NCBI GenBank assembly: GCA_964035545.1
Contig: OZ037765.1
Coordinates: forward strand, 23,869,504-23,933,503
Origin: Bugula neritina
Lineage: Eukaryota; Animalia; Bryozoa
Reading direction: 5' to 3'
DNA: 64,000 nt
In this document: positions 1 through 12,000 of the stretch, one piece after another
How the letters are laid out: every line of letters starts with the position of its first letter
How positions within the stretch are numbered: the stretch's first letter is position 1
Program-made: the position numbers and the translations under genes
Notes under the pieces: model-generated
The model's database searches: none
What the model was told of the DNA's origin: nothing
What the model saw: only the letters and a program-made list of their open reading frames with translations

Positions 1-24
1 GACAACATGGTTTTTGAGGGCTTT

Positions 25-118
25 GAGCAACTATGACTACATGCCCTTCATGACATCACCAATGGCCTTGGCCTTGTGATTACTAGACCAGCACTTGAAC
101 CACTAGACTGTGCCTACT
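25..118 (-). mobile_element. Degenerate copy of a tRNA-derived SINE (same family as 47838-48030)
   Basis: The minus strand reads ggcacagtctagtggttcaagtgctggtctagtaatcacaagg...aaggccattggtgatgtcatgaagggcatgtagtcatagttgctc. This aligns by eye with gccatggtcgagaggttagagcgtttgcctagtaaacacgaagg...aaggccattggtgatgttaggaagagcatccagtcataattgctc at 47841-47950. The B-box region is deleted in this copy. Confidence 0.7.
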
Positions 119-2099
119 TCTTAGCAGTACATAATGAAATACTAACATCAAACTTCAACTCCAAGTTGAAAATAAAGCTGCGAAAGATAAGAACTAAATT
201 ATGAAACCAACACAGAATTTTAATATTGTATGTTGATTTTAACAATTTTTAAATATTAACATCATTATAATTATCATTTAATAATCATAGTAATTATTAC
301 TATTAATAATAATAGTTCCATAATTATCAGCTACTCGTACTATATTCATATTGACAAATATTTCTATTTACAATGTTGATGTTTGCATTATTATATAACA
401 ACTATGACTTGAAATTATAAAGATAATAACAAGTACTAGTATTTTCATAAATTAACTTCATTCACAGTTAGAATTAGGTTTAAACCTGAGCCGATAATTT
501 TCACAGTGATCCTGAAACTCATTTTTATTATCAGGCAGGGTAAAAACCAATATAGCAAAATTATACTGGTATGTACCAATAATAGATTTCCATCATAGTG
601 AATAAATAAACATGATGGTAGTACTTGAAGTTACTGTAATGATAACAATAAACAGCCACAGTGGCATTAAAAGCCATAAACATATACTTGAAGCAACATT
701 AAACTCTATATGATTATCACTCATTAACCATAATATAATCCTTCCAAAATAAATATAATTATGGTTATCATGATGACAGATAAAAATAAAATCAAGCATA
801 AGAATAATACAATAAGTAGAATTGAAATTCTTTCTAAACAATATCTTTGCTTTCAGACTTATAGATTAGATTGATTTTAATTTATTTTAACTTCAAATAA
901 ATTGCAATATTAAATTTAATATCTATAATAAATTTAAAACAACACCTAGATTTAAAATTAGTCTTACACATTTATGAACTATAACCAAGACTGATCCTTA
1001 AACTTTTTAAGTTATAGTTACTATTGGGGTATACTCATGGGCAAAGCAGTAGATTCTAAGCCTGATTAACTTTAATTTTCATATAGTAAAAATTTAATTA
1101 GTGTATTAAAAATACATAAAAGTAATTTTTAAAATCAAATTATTACAATAAGCATGACTATAAACATATTATCATTTGGTCCACATTTGACATCAATAAA
1201 ATTTAAACACTAAATAATCATAATTTGAATAAAATATAAATTCCTAAATGTTATCATAAATCTTAATATAATTATTATAAAAAATGATAATAAATAGTAA
1301 GTGTAACTGTAATTATAATACTCATAGCAATATAGTTATACTTATTGACCATTGTTATACTAATAATAATATTAGTAGTATTTAACTATTTACTTTTACT
1401 GTCTGTGCAATAATTTATAATTATGACAATATATCAAATTTAATATATTAAGTTATATAATTATATTACTATTACTATTATTATTTAAAATTATTAATAT
1501 ATTTAACTTTATATTAAATTACATGAAATATTTATAAATATATCAACCATTATGATTACATATTAATTTATCCATATCAAATTCAATAACTATATCTAAT
1601 ATTTATTACTATGATTATGGTTATCATTATGATTATAACAAATTAATTTTAAAATTATTATTTCTACTAGAACTGATATCCACATTCATATTGATAATGA
1701 ATATTGAATATCAATATCAATATGAATATGGTCATCATAATGATAACCATTGTGAAAATAAATTGAATATGAAAACCATTATGAGTTAGAATTTACTAAT
1801 CATTGTTATTTCATATCATCATATCAATACAAATATTATAATTAAAAAATGGTAAGTCAAAGTGTAACACTAACTTATAGTTTTACTTAAAGTTTAGGTT
1901 TTTAAAAAAAACTTAAAGTAAATTCAAGTGTAAGATTAAGTTTAACATAAAAACACTAAGCTTTATACAAAGTTACCTAGTTCTATATTTGTAGAAAAAT
2001 ATTTCAGAAAATGCTGTATAAGTAGAGTTATAATTTTTGGCTCAAATTATAAATTTTATACTAGAAATAGTTGAAGGTCTAGGCCACTGAGCTTGATAA

Positions 2100-2330
2100 T
2101 GACAGTTTATTACAAAATAAAATTAAAGCCGGAAATGTTCAGATAAACAGGAAACCCTCTCGAACTTTTATATCATTTTAGCTTTAGCCTAACAAAGCAA
2201 ACCCATGTACCGATAGTTTACATAAATTATGAAGGAGTGAAACAAGATAACGATCAATGCGATGTTTTCTATCACGCAGAAATGTTTCATGGGAAGAAAA
2301 CCCTTATATTAATCCGGTTGTCTCGTAAAT
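2100..2330. promoter_or_regulatory. Putative (possibly bidirectional) promoter core
   Basis: Local CpG enrichment in AT-rich surroundings, an ETS-like gccggaaat at about 2128-2136, and a minus-strand donor-like ctag|gtaac near 1975 that suggests the first exon of a divergent gene lying left of the window. It lies upstream of the SERTA ORF on +. Inferred only. Confidence 0.35.
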
Positions 2331-4589
2331 CATAATACTTAGATTATGAATTATGATATTGTTGATGACAAGATAATAATATTGTTTTGTGTGATTATAG
2401 CTTATTATAGTTTGAACTCTGTTCTTGGTATTACTATTAATAGTTATTATTTCGAATTGACGATTTGCAGCTGTTCAAGATAAGCTGCCTAATATGAAAC
2501 TTTGCACTCCACAAGATTAGTGTAACTATATTATAGGCTATCAATACATTACCTTTTGCAATAATTATTGATATGTTGGAAGATTACATTTTAATTTTTT
2601 GTTGTTGCAATGTTGAGTATTTATTAATTGCAACACACGCACACGAACTGATGACTATCAGTATTATTTAACTAAGTATGCATTTGTCAATAAAGCTAAT
2701 TATTAATTGTTTTAATGGCAAAAAGCTTTTGATATGTCAAAAATTTAAAAGCTTGAAGTGAACAGCAAAAAAACTAAGCATTCAAATTTATAGTAAATTA
2801 TGCCTTGAATCGTGCATATAGCTTTTAACTACTGTAAACTAGAAAGTATAAATGTTATATTGTGTTTCTTTTCACATTAATTTTCTGTATTGCTATACAG
2901 AAACTGATAGGTAGCACAAACAGCATAATATTATCCTACTTAAGATTAGGTGATAGACTCTGCATTGGCTCTTCAATTTTATAGATTAAAACAAACCATG
3001 TTTATGGTGTACACCACACAAATGCTAATTATCAATGAGAGGGCAGTGTATAACTATATCAATTGGATAAGAATGCATAGTGACACAGCTTCAGTAGCTT
3101 GGGTTGCGTATTGGAGGAGCAAACAAAAGCCTGTTGCAGCCCTCACTCACTATACAATATACAACAACTAGTAATAACACGCAGGTTTCTATACCAACTA
3201 CTTAATATTGATCGTTGTGAGTTTTTGAGCATTTGATAATATCACCAGTCTGAACTTTATACCTTTTGTTAATTCTTCCTGGAGCTCTGTGAATCCTTCA
3301 GAATAGTTGGATGCCTCTCATTTTGCATGTGAAATCTGGTTATGAAAAAGAGCCATAGCTTGTATAAATGTAAAAGCCTATAACAACTGTACAACTGCAA
3401 CAGCCAAGTCATTGCACCTTCAAGGTAGGTCAAAAGTATCTAATGGTGTGTTAGTAGCTGTCGTGGGTCTAGGTATGTGGGAGTGCTTTTTTGTAAGTTG
3501 TTTGTAAATTGCACGTTGCTAGCAATGTAGGCTGAATATGGAAGCCCTTACTGCAGCACATTCAGAATTTTGAAGTAATTCGGAGTTTTTGAAAATGCTC
3601 TTAGACTAAAATTAAATCTATATCACTCCAAGCCAACAGATAGAAGTGATGCTATAAGCAGAGCATGCATCTGCACACTCAAGAGGATAGTTAGTGCACT
3701 GGGTGAGATACTATGAACATCCAATAAAAATTACAATACAATATTACAAAAATTTCACCACTTTGAAAAAATATGTTAGCTAACATGTGATGTAGTATTT
3801 AAAAACTTTTTCGGCCTAGCCTTAATTTTATGCAATATGCAAATCATTCAAGGTTCTAACATTTAGGAACTTAGAACTGATGCAGCTATATTTATACAAA
3901 TATTGTATAGATACTATGATAATGTCCGAATGCTTGTATTACTCAAAGGTACTTACCAAAGGTTTTTATTATACCATCAATCTACTTTAAGCATTACTAA
4001 GTTTAATTTTGAGAGTGCAGTTTTTCAAAGAGGAAAAGTGAGCTACTATTCAACAGATTAAACTATGAGGCTAGAGTAAAACGCATTTTATGTTTTAAAA
4101 ACAATGTTTTGCACTCTAATGCTTTTAATGTTGAAATTAATGCTGGTCCAGCATTTGAGACACTTGGCTATGTTTGCTTATTTTTCTACTTGGTTATAAT
4201 ATTTCAGAAGTTGTGCCTTCAGTAAAATACATTTAGGGTAAAGAAATATCTATTAATTGTACCATAACTTTCACTGGAGAGTGAAATGTAACATATAACT
4301 AATAAGTTTTGTTTTTAAATCTTCACTTCAGAGTTATTGACCTGTATTCAGAGATTAATTTAGAAAGTTCTTATAGTGCACCATATGCAACTAATATAAA
4401 CAAGATAATTTAAGTGATAATAATAAAATGGAGCTAATGTAAAATCTGTCAATCGGCTGTATAAAGTTGCAGAGCTATATTATTAAGAGTTTATTATTTA
4501 AAGTCTATGAATTAATTTTACACTTTTTCAAAGTCACTTTGCCATTTTCAAGTCTAATTATTTTGGCTTGCTAACAGGTTTTATTAATT

Positions 4590-4820
4590 ATGGTGAGAGT
4601 AAAAAGAACAGGAGTCCAACCACCCTGCATGCACGAAAGAGATAGATACAGCCAACTGTCCAAAGAGATATTTAAAGCTAAAAGAATTCAAGTTATCAAG
4701 CAATGTATTGAAAAATTGAAAAAGATTGAAGATGTTGAAACACGTCTGCGTGAAGCATTGCTGATAAAGAATACATACCACGCAGCTAAACTATTGACTT
4801 TAAACTCAATCAGTGGTTGA
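4590..4820 (+). CDS. 76-aa SERTA-domain-like microprotein (single coding exon)
   Basis: KRIQVIKQCIEKLKKIEDVETRLREALLIKNT fits the SERTA pattern (R..[IV]L..S..KL..I.DPE..LRRSVLI.NT). A splice acceptor ttggcttgctaacag| lies 12 nt before the ATG, and AATAAA candidates occur at about 5587 and 5809. Confidence 0.6.
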   Translation: MVRVKRTGVQPPCMHERDRYSQLSKEIFKAKRIQVIKQCIEKLKKIEDVETRLREALLIKNTYHAAKLLTLNSISG

Positions 4821-6090
4821 AATAGATTATTAATATTAGTAAAACATGTCATCTCACAATATTAAAGCAATTCCTGGAACCACGAGATAAAATGTATTAC
4901 AGTAAATCACGTACATCCAAAGAATCTTACTATAACTGTTAGCAGTGCTGGAAGAGCCTAATACAAGAGTTCCATTATGATATTCACTTACTGCTTTAGA
5001 TGAAGTCTTCTTATATAAGTTGCAAAAATATAACCTACAGTTTTTTATTCAATGGCTAGATACTCTATCTTCTATCTAACATACAAATTTCTATTCTGAA
5101 TTTAGTGTTATTTGTAATTTAACTAAGAAATTATGCACAGCTGGTTATAATTGGTTGTGCATTATTATCATTTTGACGCATTGCACTTTTATTTAATTAT
5201 ATTTCTATTTTCTTGATATATTAGTAATATATGCCTCGATTTAAAGTTTGTGAGAAGTTTTAAATAGAAATATGATGTCATGGTTATATAATTTTTACAT
5301 ACCAAAAGAATACATAATTTAGCCCAGTGCTAGGCATGAGTAACACTTTCCTGTAATAGTTAGGATCTTCATGAGACAATTTTCAAGAGTGCAGCAATTA
5401 TCGCATTGTGAAATTGTAAAGCAACTTCATTTCAGCTAGGTATGGCATTGTCTTTTATACATTAAACAAGTGTACAATAATTACTCTTAATTCTATGTAA
5501 AAACACATTATTATATACAAAACAATATTATTTTACTTGTGGTTTCATAACTTGAAAGATTTGTTTAGCCAAATTTGGTTCATTAAATAAAAACAGTCGT
5601 AATTTAATTTCAAACATTGATTATTGCACCAATAACATTACATTACATAAAATATGTCATGCATCAGTGTACTAACAAAAATAAAGTTCAGAAATTTAGT
5701 TATTGCATAATTCTTTGGATAAATTTTTAAATGGCTACGAAGACTTTCAACTTTTAATATAATTAATTTGTCGATTAAAGAAATATTGCAAAACTTTAAT
5801 GACCGAAAAATAAATAACATGCAGCTATACTACAGTAAAATTTGAGCAGTAAAAGAAAACAGGAATGTATAATAAATGTATGGAAGAAGTTATGATAATT
5901 ATTGTGACCATACCAGGAGTTGTCTTTCAAGTAAACCATAAAGAGACAAACTAATTTGCATACAATAAATAAAAACAACAAAGAGTTGGTCCCAAGTGAT
6001 ACGATACAGGGATATGTTATATACAAGAGTGGTGTGGAGAGTAGATCTAGTAGTGAGGTATGCTGGTATGTAGTAGGTCACATGATACTG

Positions 6091-9000
6091 CTAGGAAACA
6101 GCCAACCTTCGAGAATCCACAGACCATATCTTCACCGTACAGTCACTACAACCAATACAATATAAAATATAAAACAGACAGCACTGGCATATTTGTTATT
6201 GCAGCAAAATCCAAGAAAACTTCACACTAAATAATAACACATCAGTTCTAACATGAATAATTTGGCTTGTATACTTTACTGATTTAGTTTTAGTAGATAT
6301 AATACCATAAATTACATGATATAATTAACAAAACAATCCACTAATTAGTTATAAATAAGAAGTTGAAAACCAACAATAAAAATTATAAAAATAGCCAAGC
6401 ATTTATTAAATCAAGAAACTAATATGTCGGACTGTTATCTTAAACAGACTACATTAGTTATTTTTTTAGTATTAGGGAAATGCATTTAACTCACAGAGAT
6501 GAGCAAATGGACAACAGTATTTGAGGAATAGTTTTTGGCTCCAACCACAAACATATACTACTACACATATGCTACTAAATACATGGTACTGTAACTTTGG
6601 TTTACCTGGAGGCTGTGAAGACATTTCTGCTGTTTGTAGCTAAGGAGTTGACAGAGGCGGTGTGTGCCCTTACTTCATCCAATTGATTACATGTGTCGGT
6701 AGACCACAGTTTAACATAGCCTGAGCGACAGCAGCTCAACAGCACATCATTGTCAGGCAGCATGCACATGTCCAGCACCCAATCTCTGTGTGCTCCATTC
6801 ACAGACTACATGTAATAAAGTGAAGAATTACACTTATGATGCACATTCAGTTATACTTACAAGAAGCATGCATAGTTTTTTAATATTTTTTTGCAAAGCC
6901 ACCACATCACAGAACATGATAAAGTAAGGTTACGAATTTGGAAAAAACTAAGGATAACTCGGAATAAAGTCTTACAGTGTCAGACTTTTAATAACTTACT
7001 ATTTTATGAACACAATGAAAAGGCAGCGAATTCGTGTTTTATATAAGGAAATATTGTTATACTACTTATTTGCTGCATTTACACTCAAACTTTGAGAGAC
7101 TAAGCAGTTTACAGCAACAACAGACCTGAGGTTGTAACGTGGGTCCATTGAGATGCCACTTCTTGATGCACATGTCCCGAGAGCCACTGAACAGAGTGTT
7201 ACCTCTATGGGCCAGACACTGCACCCCGTCATAGTGTGGCGGGGCAAGGGTGAATTTTGGCTGCACTAGGCAGTTGGAAGACTGTGCATTAGACAGATCA
7301 AACAGTTTGATTAGATGGTCTTTAGAGCCAGTGATGAGATTCTCCGTTCCTTGACTATCATGATGTATACTCAGACATATTATGGGAGCCTGGTGACCGC
7401 TGGCTATCTTACCAACTGCTGAATACCTAATCAAACAGAAACCTCCGTCACTAACATAACACAGTATTTCAAAAATCAAATTGACGCAGGTATTCTTACG
7501 ATAAGAGGCTGAACAAAAACCAGCACATTGGTTTTTTGTTGATTTTATTATCATAAAAATCTTGCCAAAGATGCTATACTGGTCTACTTGCTCAAAATAT
7601 CAAATAAAAATCAACAAAAAGTAAACATGCATAAAGTGCAACATTACATTATAAGATATTTTAGTTTCAACAGGAGACAGCAACCCCTACTCACATTCGC
7701 AAGTCCCACACCCTTACAGTGGTACCAGTTGTTGTGTAGAGAGTAGAGCCATCACAGCCGACTTGTATGTCAAATATCTGCTGTTCACCTTGTTGAATTA
7801 TGGCCTGACTGCTGGATGCGGGCTCAACAGGAACACTTTCGTGTACCAGTCCAGATGAGCTGCAACATGTATTACAACAACTACACAACCTGTTACAACA
7901 ACAAAATAACGTACAACAACTATATGATGTATTACAACAACTATATGATGTATTACAAGCCGTAATACGAGAAACACATTATGTATTGCAAGAGTTAATA
8001 TGACATTTTATGCATAACCAATAATTTATAATCATGTGAGGAGTAGCTAGCATCACAGATATTAAATCAATCGCCAGTGATACAGCGTTACTAAATTTTC
8101 AAACAAGTAAATACAATAATGAAGCCAAATGTTGCATTTAGTATGTTAAAGGAATGGTACATATCAGTAGGCTTAAAGAGAAATCATTGGTAAACATGTT
8201 TGTCTTACCTAAGAACTTTAACACATTTGGGTCCAGCTCTGATATCCCATATCTTGACAAACGAGTTGGATACAGTGTAGACAAGTTTGTTTATATTACA
8301 GTACCTCACCCTCGTCACATAATTTGGATGGTCTTCCAGACTCATAAGTTCTGACCCAACTCCCAGATCCCAAATCTTGCAAGTCAGGTCTGAACACAAG
8401 TGAAATATGTACAAAATTACTTAAAACTGGCTACTTGCTGCTGTTATGAATTCTAAATTTTGTTTTAAAATGATGAAACACAGTAAAATAAGTATTAAAT
8501 TTACAATTTTCTAATTACATCATGATCTAAAAATGCTTAGCATAATGTGCAGTGTAAGCAAAACTTTGCCATAATCATTTTGCATGTTTATGCTGATTAT
8601 CGAAAATAACAAATTCGATTTACAACGTTTACCTCCGTCAGTGTTACAAAACATTACAGAAGTTCCAATTCAGACTCGTTAAGTGCTCCAGTAAATGCAT
8701 TTCCAAGATAACAGCTATATTACATTAGAATGGAGTTCAACAAATAATACTTAACTATTATTAAGAAGATATGTGACAAATGTTTTCACAAGTTGCAATT
8801 TGACAAACATTATACCATTATGCTCCTTCTGCCAACCACTTCACTGTTTAGTCCTACACTTTATTTTCGTCTGATACATGTATACACAGTGAAGTACGAT
8901 ATGTTTAACAATATTATATGTGAAGTCAGAATCATAAGTGAACAAAATGTCCACTTTGTCTGAAGTAATAATATAGAATACTGTCAACCGTATCATCTAT

Positions 9001-12000
9001 GAGTTGTCTCACCTTTACTCCCAGAAAAGATAAGCTCCTCAGAAGCACATATGGATAAAACAGCTTTGTTATGACCTTTGGCCTTTTTCACACAAACCAT
9101 ACTTTGATTAGAGCTTGTTACCTGAAAATATATTGCACAGACAACTGAACAATGTTTCTACAGACTCAGAAAATGTCACACTTTTTATCAAACGGAACGC
9201 CAACTCAACAATTTTATGTAACCAATTAAAAGACTAAGCAAGTTTCTGGCAAAGCATACCCGGTCGCAAGCGGCGATAGAACCTGGAGCAGACAACTTCT
9301 TAGAATTAGTAGACGTGGACTGTGTGTTGGTTAGTCTCATAAACACATTGCTGCTATCAGTTTCAACAGGAAGTTGACGTCGCTTATTCAGAGAAGGTGA
9401 AGAGGGAGGAGTCAAATGCACTTCCTTTATATCGGGTGACAAGGCCAATGACTTCTCTCTGTGAATCATACATATTATATTAAATGTTTACATCACTTTT
9501 GGTATCTATGATTTACAAATTCACAAACACTACAACCTATAACCTGATCGCATATATCTATATTCCAATTCTACTTCAATTAACCGCCATTAACTGAAAT
9601 TGAGTTACCTTTAGGATGTTGGAAAATTCAACAATTTCAATTTAGGCTTGTAAGTGTCATAATAGATAATTTTTCAAGATAATGATGCAACTATATTGAA
9701 TTGGAATGCCTTTTTACTAAATTGGTTGTTTTTTTTATTCCAAAGAATATTATAGCATACTTTAAAATTGATCATATCAATAATAATATGTCATACAGCT
9801 GATAAATTACTTAGTGAAAGCCCGCTCTCCCCCGAATGTACCTGTTGTTGACTAGCGAAGGTTGGAATGATTTACGTCTGAGAAAAGGTGAGACACCTGA
9901 GGCTAGTTTCCGTCTGCCAACCACACGACTTGATGTGTCTTTGGTCACCGTCTGGTCAACCTTATGGTCACCTCCGGCGTTGCTGTTGGAAAGTGATTTA
10001 CTTTCAGCCTTTGGTGCGCCACTGTCCACCAGAGGCATTGTGACGTCATCTAAATGACTGCACACAACTCCCTTCCATTTATTCATTCCCGAGGAGCCAG
10101 TGGAGGGGCTACAACCAAGTCTGCATGAAATAGCTGACAAAGCCAAAAACAAAAAAGTACTTTTGCCAACAAGTGTTCAATATATTAGCCAAACTGGTTG
10201 CTAAAGCTCTGGGTCCAGTCAAACTACTCTTTTGAAAAACAGGCACCATATCAGCGCAGCACCTTTACAAGTAATTTAACCATAACAAAACGTATGGTTT
10301 TCTGTCAGCTTTGGTAAACTACTGAATTGCTTCTTTTAAATAAATTAGAAAAACTAAGTTTAAAGTATTATAACAGCTTTATTCCAGGCATCAAAAACAA
10401 GCAATAAGCATACCCAGCACTTGGTACTGTTGGTCTGTTTGGTTTAGGAGGAACTGGTGGTGGAACTTTTTTAGTTTCCACGGAAACTGAATGCTCTGTG
10501 TGATCACCCTGACTGCCAGGTCCCTCACTATCCAATCGGATCTCGCCATTGAGTATTGTATAACTACCGGCAAGCAGTCGATTACTGTCCAGGCCTATCT
10601 CATTATCAGGAGAGCAAGTTCCGGAAGAAGACTGGATGTCAACAATTTCCATATCACCTGACCAAATATATCTTATATAAATGAAAGCAGTAGATAGCAG
10701 TAATCACAGAACGATTATTTCAAACTGAAATGGATACTCGGATGATTCTCGTGTTCATGTGAAGATGTTAGCCAATGATCTACCTCCACTGCAGCTCAAG
10801 TCTTGCAGCTACTCACCATTTGACAGCTGATGCTGGTAGCTGCTAGGTATCTCTGGTTTGCCTGCTACTGTAGAGTTCAGCACTACATAACTGTCAGAGC
10901 GAATCATAACACTCTCTCCTTTTCCAGAGTCTGCCAACTCATCCTCTTCCAAGATCGTGGAAATAGCGGGAGAGGAAAAGCCTTGACTTGGTGGAGGACC
11001 CTTAGGAGCTGGTGGTATAATGTCGGTGATGTTTATAGTTGGCTTCGCTCCAACGAGACTAGTGGAGGATAGTGAAGGAGGCATCCCGGCATCGGATAGG
11101 CCAAGAAGCATCTCCGCTGGAGTTGAAGTTCTTCGCCGGGCCTGTTGAACATTTAATAGCATGTTACTAGTTTCAAAATATTGAACAGTTTATATACTTG
11201 CTGTAAATATACACGAAAACCTCACCTTGCGAGATTTGGCTTTGCTAACTGAACTGTCAGCCCAATGTTCATCGCTAGTTGTCATTAGATCTCTAAAAAG
11301 TACAAAATAGTATTTTATAATTGATATTTATAGATAGTGTATATATATTTAGTGGAGCAAATTTATTTTATTGACTTGAATTAACATTGAACAGACAACT
11401 TTAATTAAATTTTACTCCTCACAAGTTTATTGGGAGTTGTCCTTCCATTTAGTGCCGATTACTTGCAGTGATAAATAAAATATGTTTTTACTAAATGAAA
11501 TGCATAATTTCAGGAGCCAAATTTTCTTTTGTACAGTTTATAATATAAACATTCATAAGTGATTTATTTAAAAAACGTATGATTACTCAAAATCTGTCAA
11601 CCCAAAGTATTTTTTTTAAAAATTAAGTATTTGTGTACATTTATTATCGTTAATATGAAATATAAAGAAAAAGCCATTAGCTTTATTGAAAGATACGTTA
11701 ATTTTTTCATTTTGTACCTAAAACCATGTTCTTGTCCCTGAAAAAAAGATGATCGCTCTAACGTTAGCATAAAGTAGTTTTATGAAAGCCGTTAGCAAGT
11801 CTAAAAGTAATGTTAGGATAAAGACCACAGCACAAACAAAAATAGAATAAAAACTCAGTTAAAGCTTCAATAAAATAGATGTACGTCTAGAAAAGCAAAA
11901 TGGTATATAAGAATAAATTAAAGAGCACACCAAAATCTAAAGCAAACAACTTTACTATGACTATGCATTACTACAAATATCAATATAAGAGCATGAGCAT

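Noticed and set aside
593-841. 82-aa hydrophobic ORF, and similar ORFs such as 30895-31089, 44973-45167 and 47518-47724
   Set aside because: They lie in AT-rich periodic or low-complexity DNA. The amino-acid patterns are by-products of the repeat, with no domain motifs or splice support.
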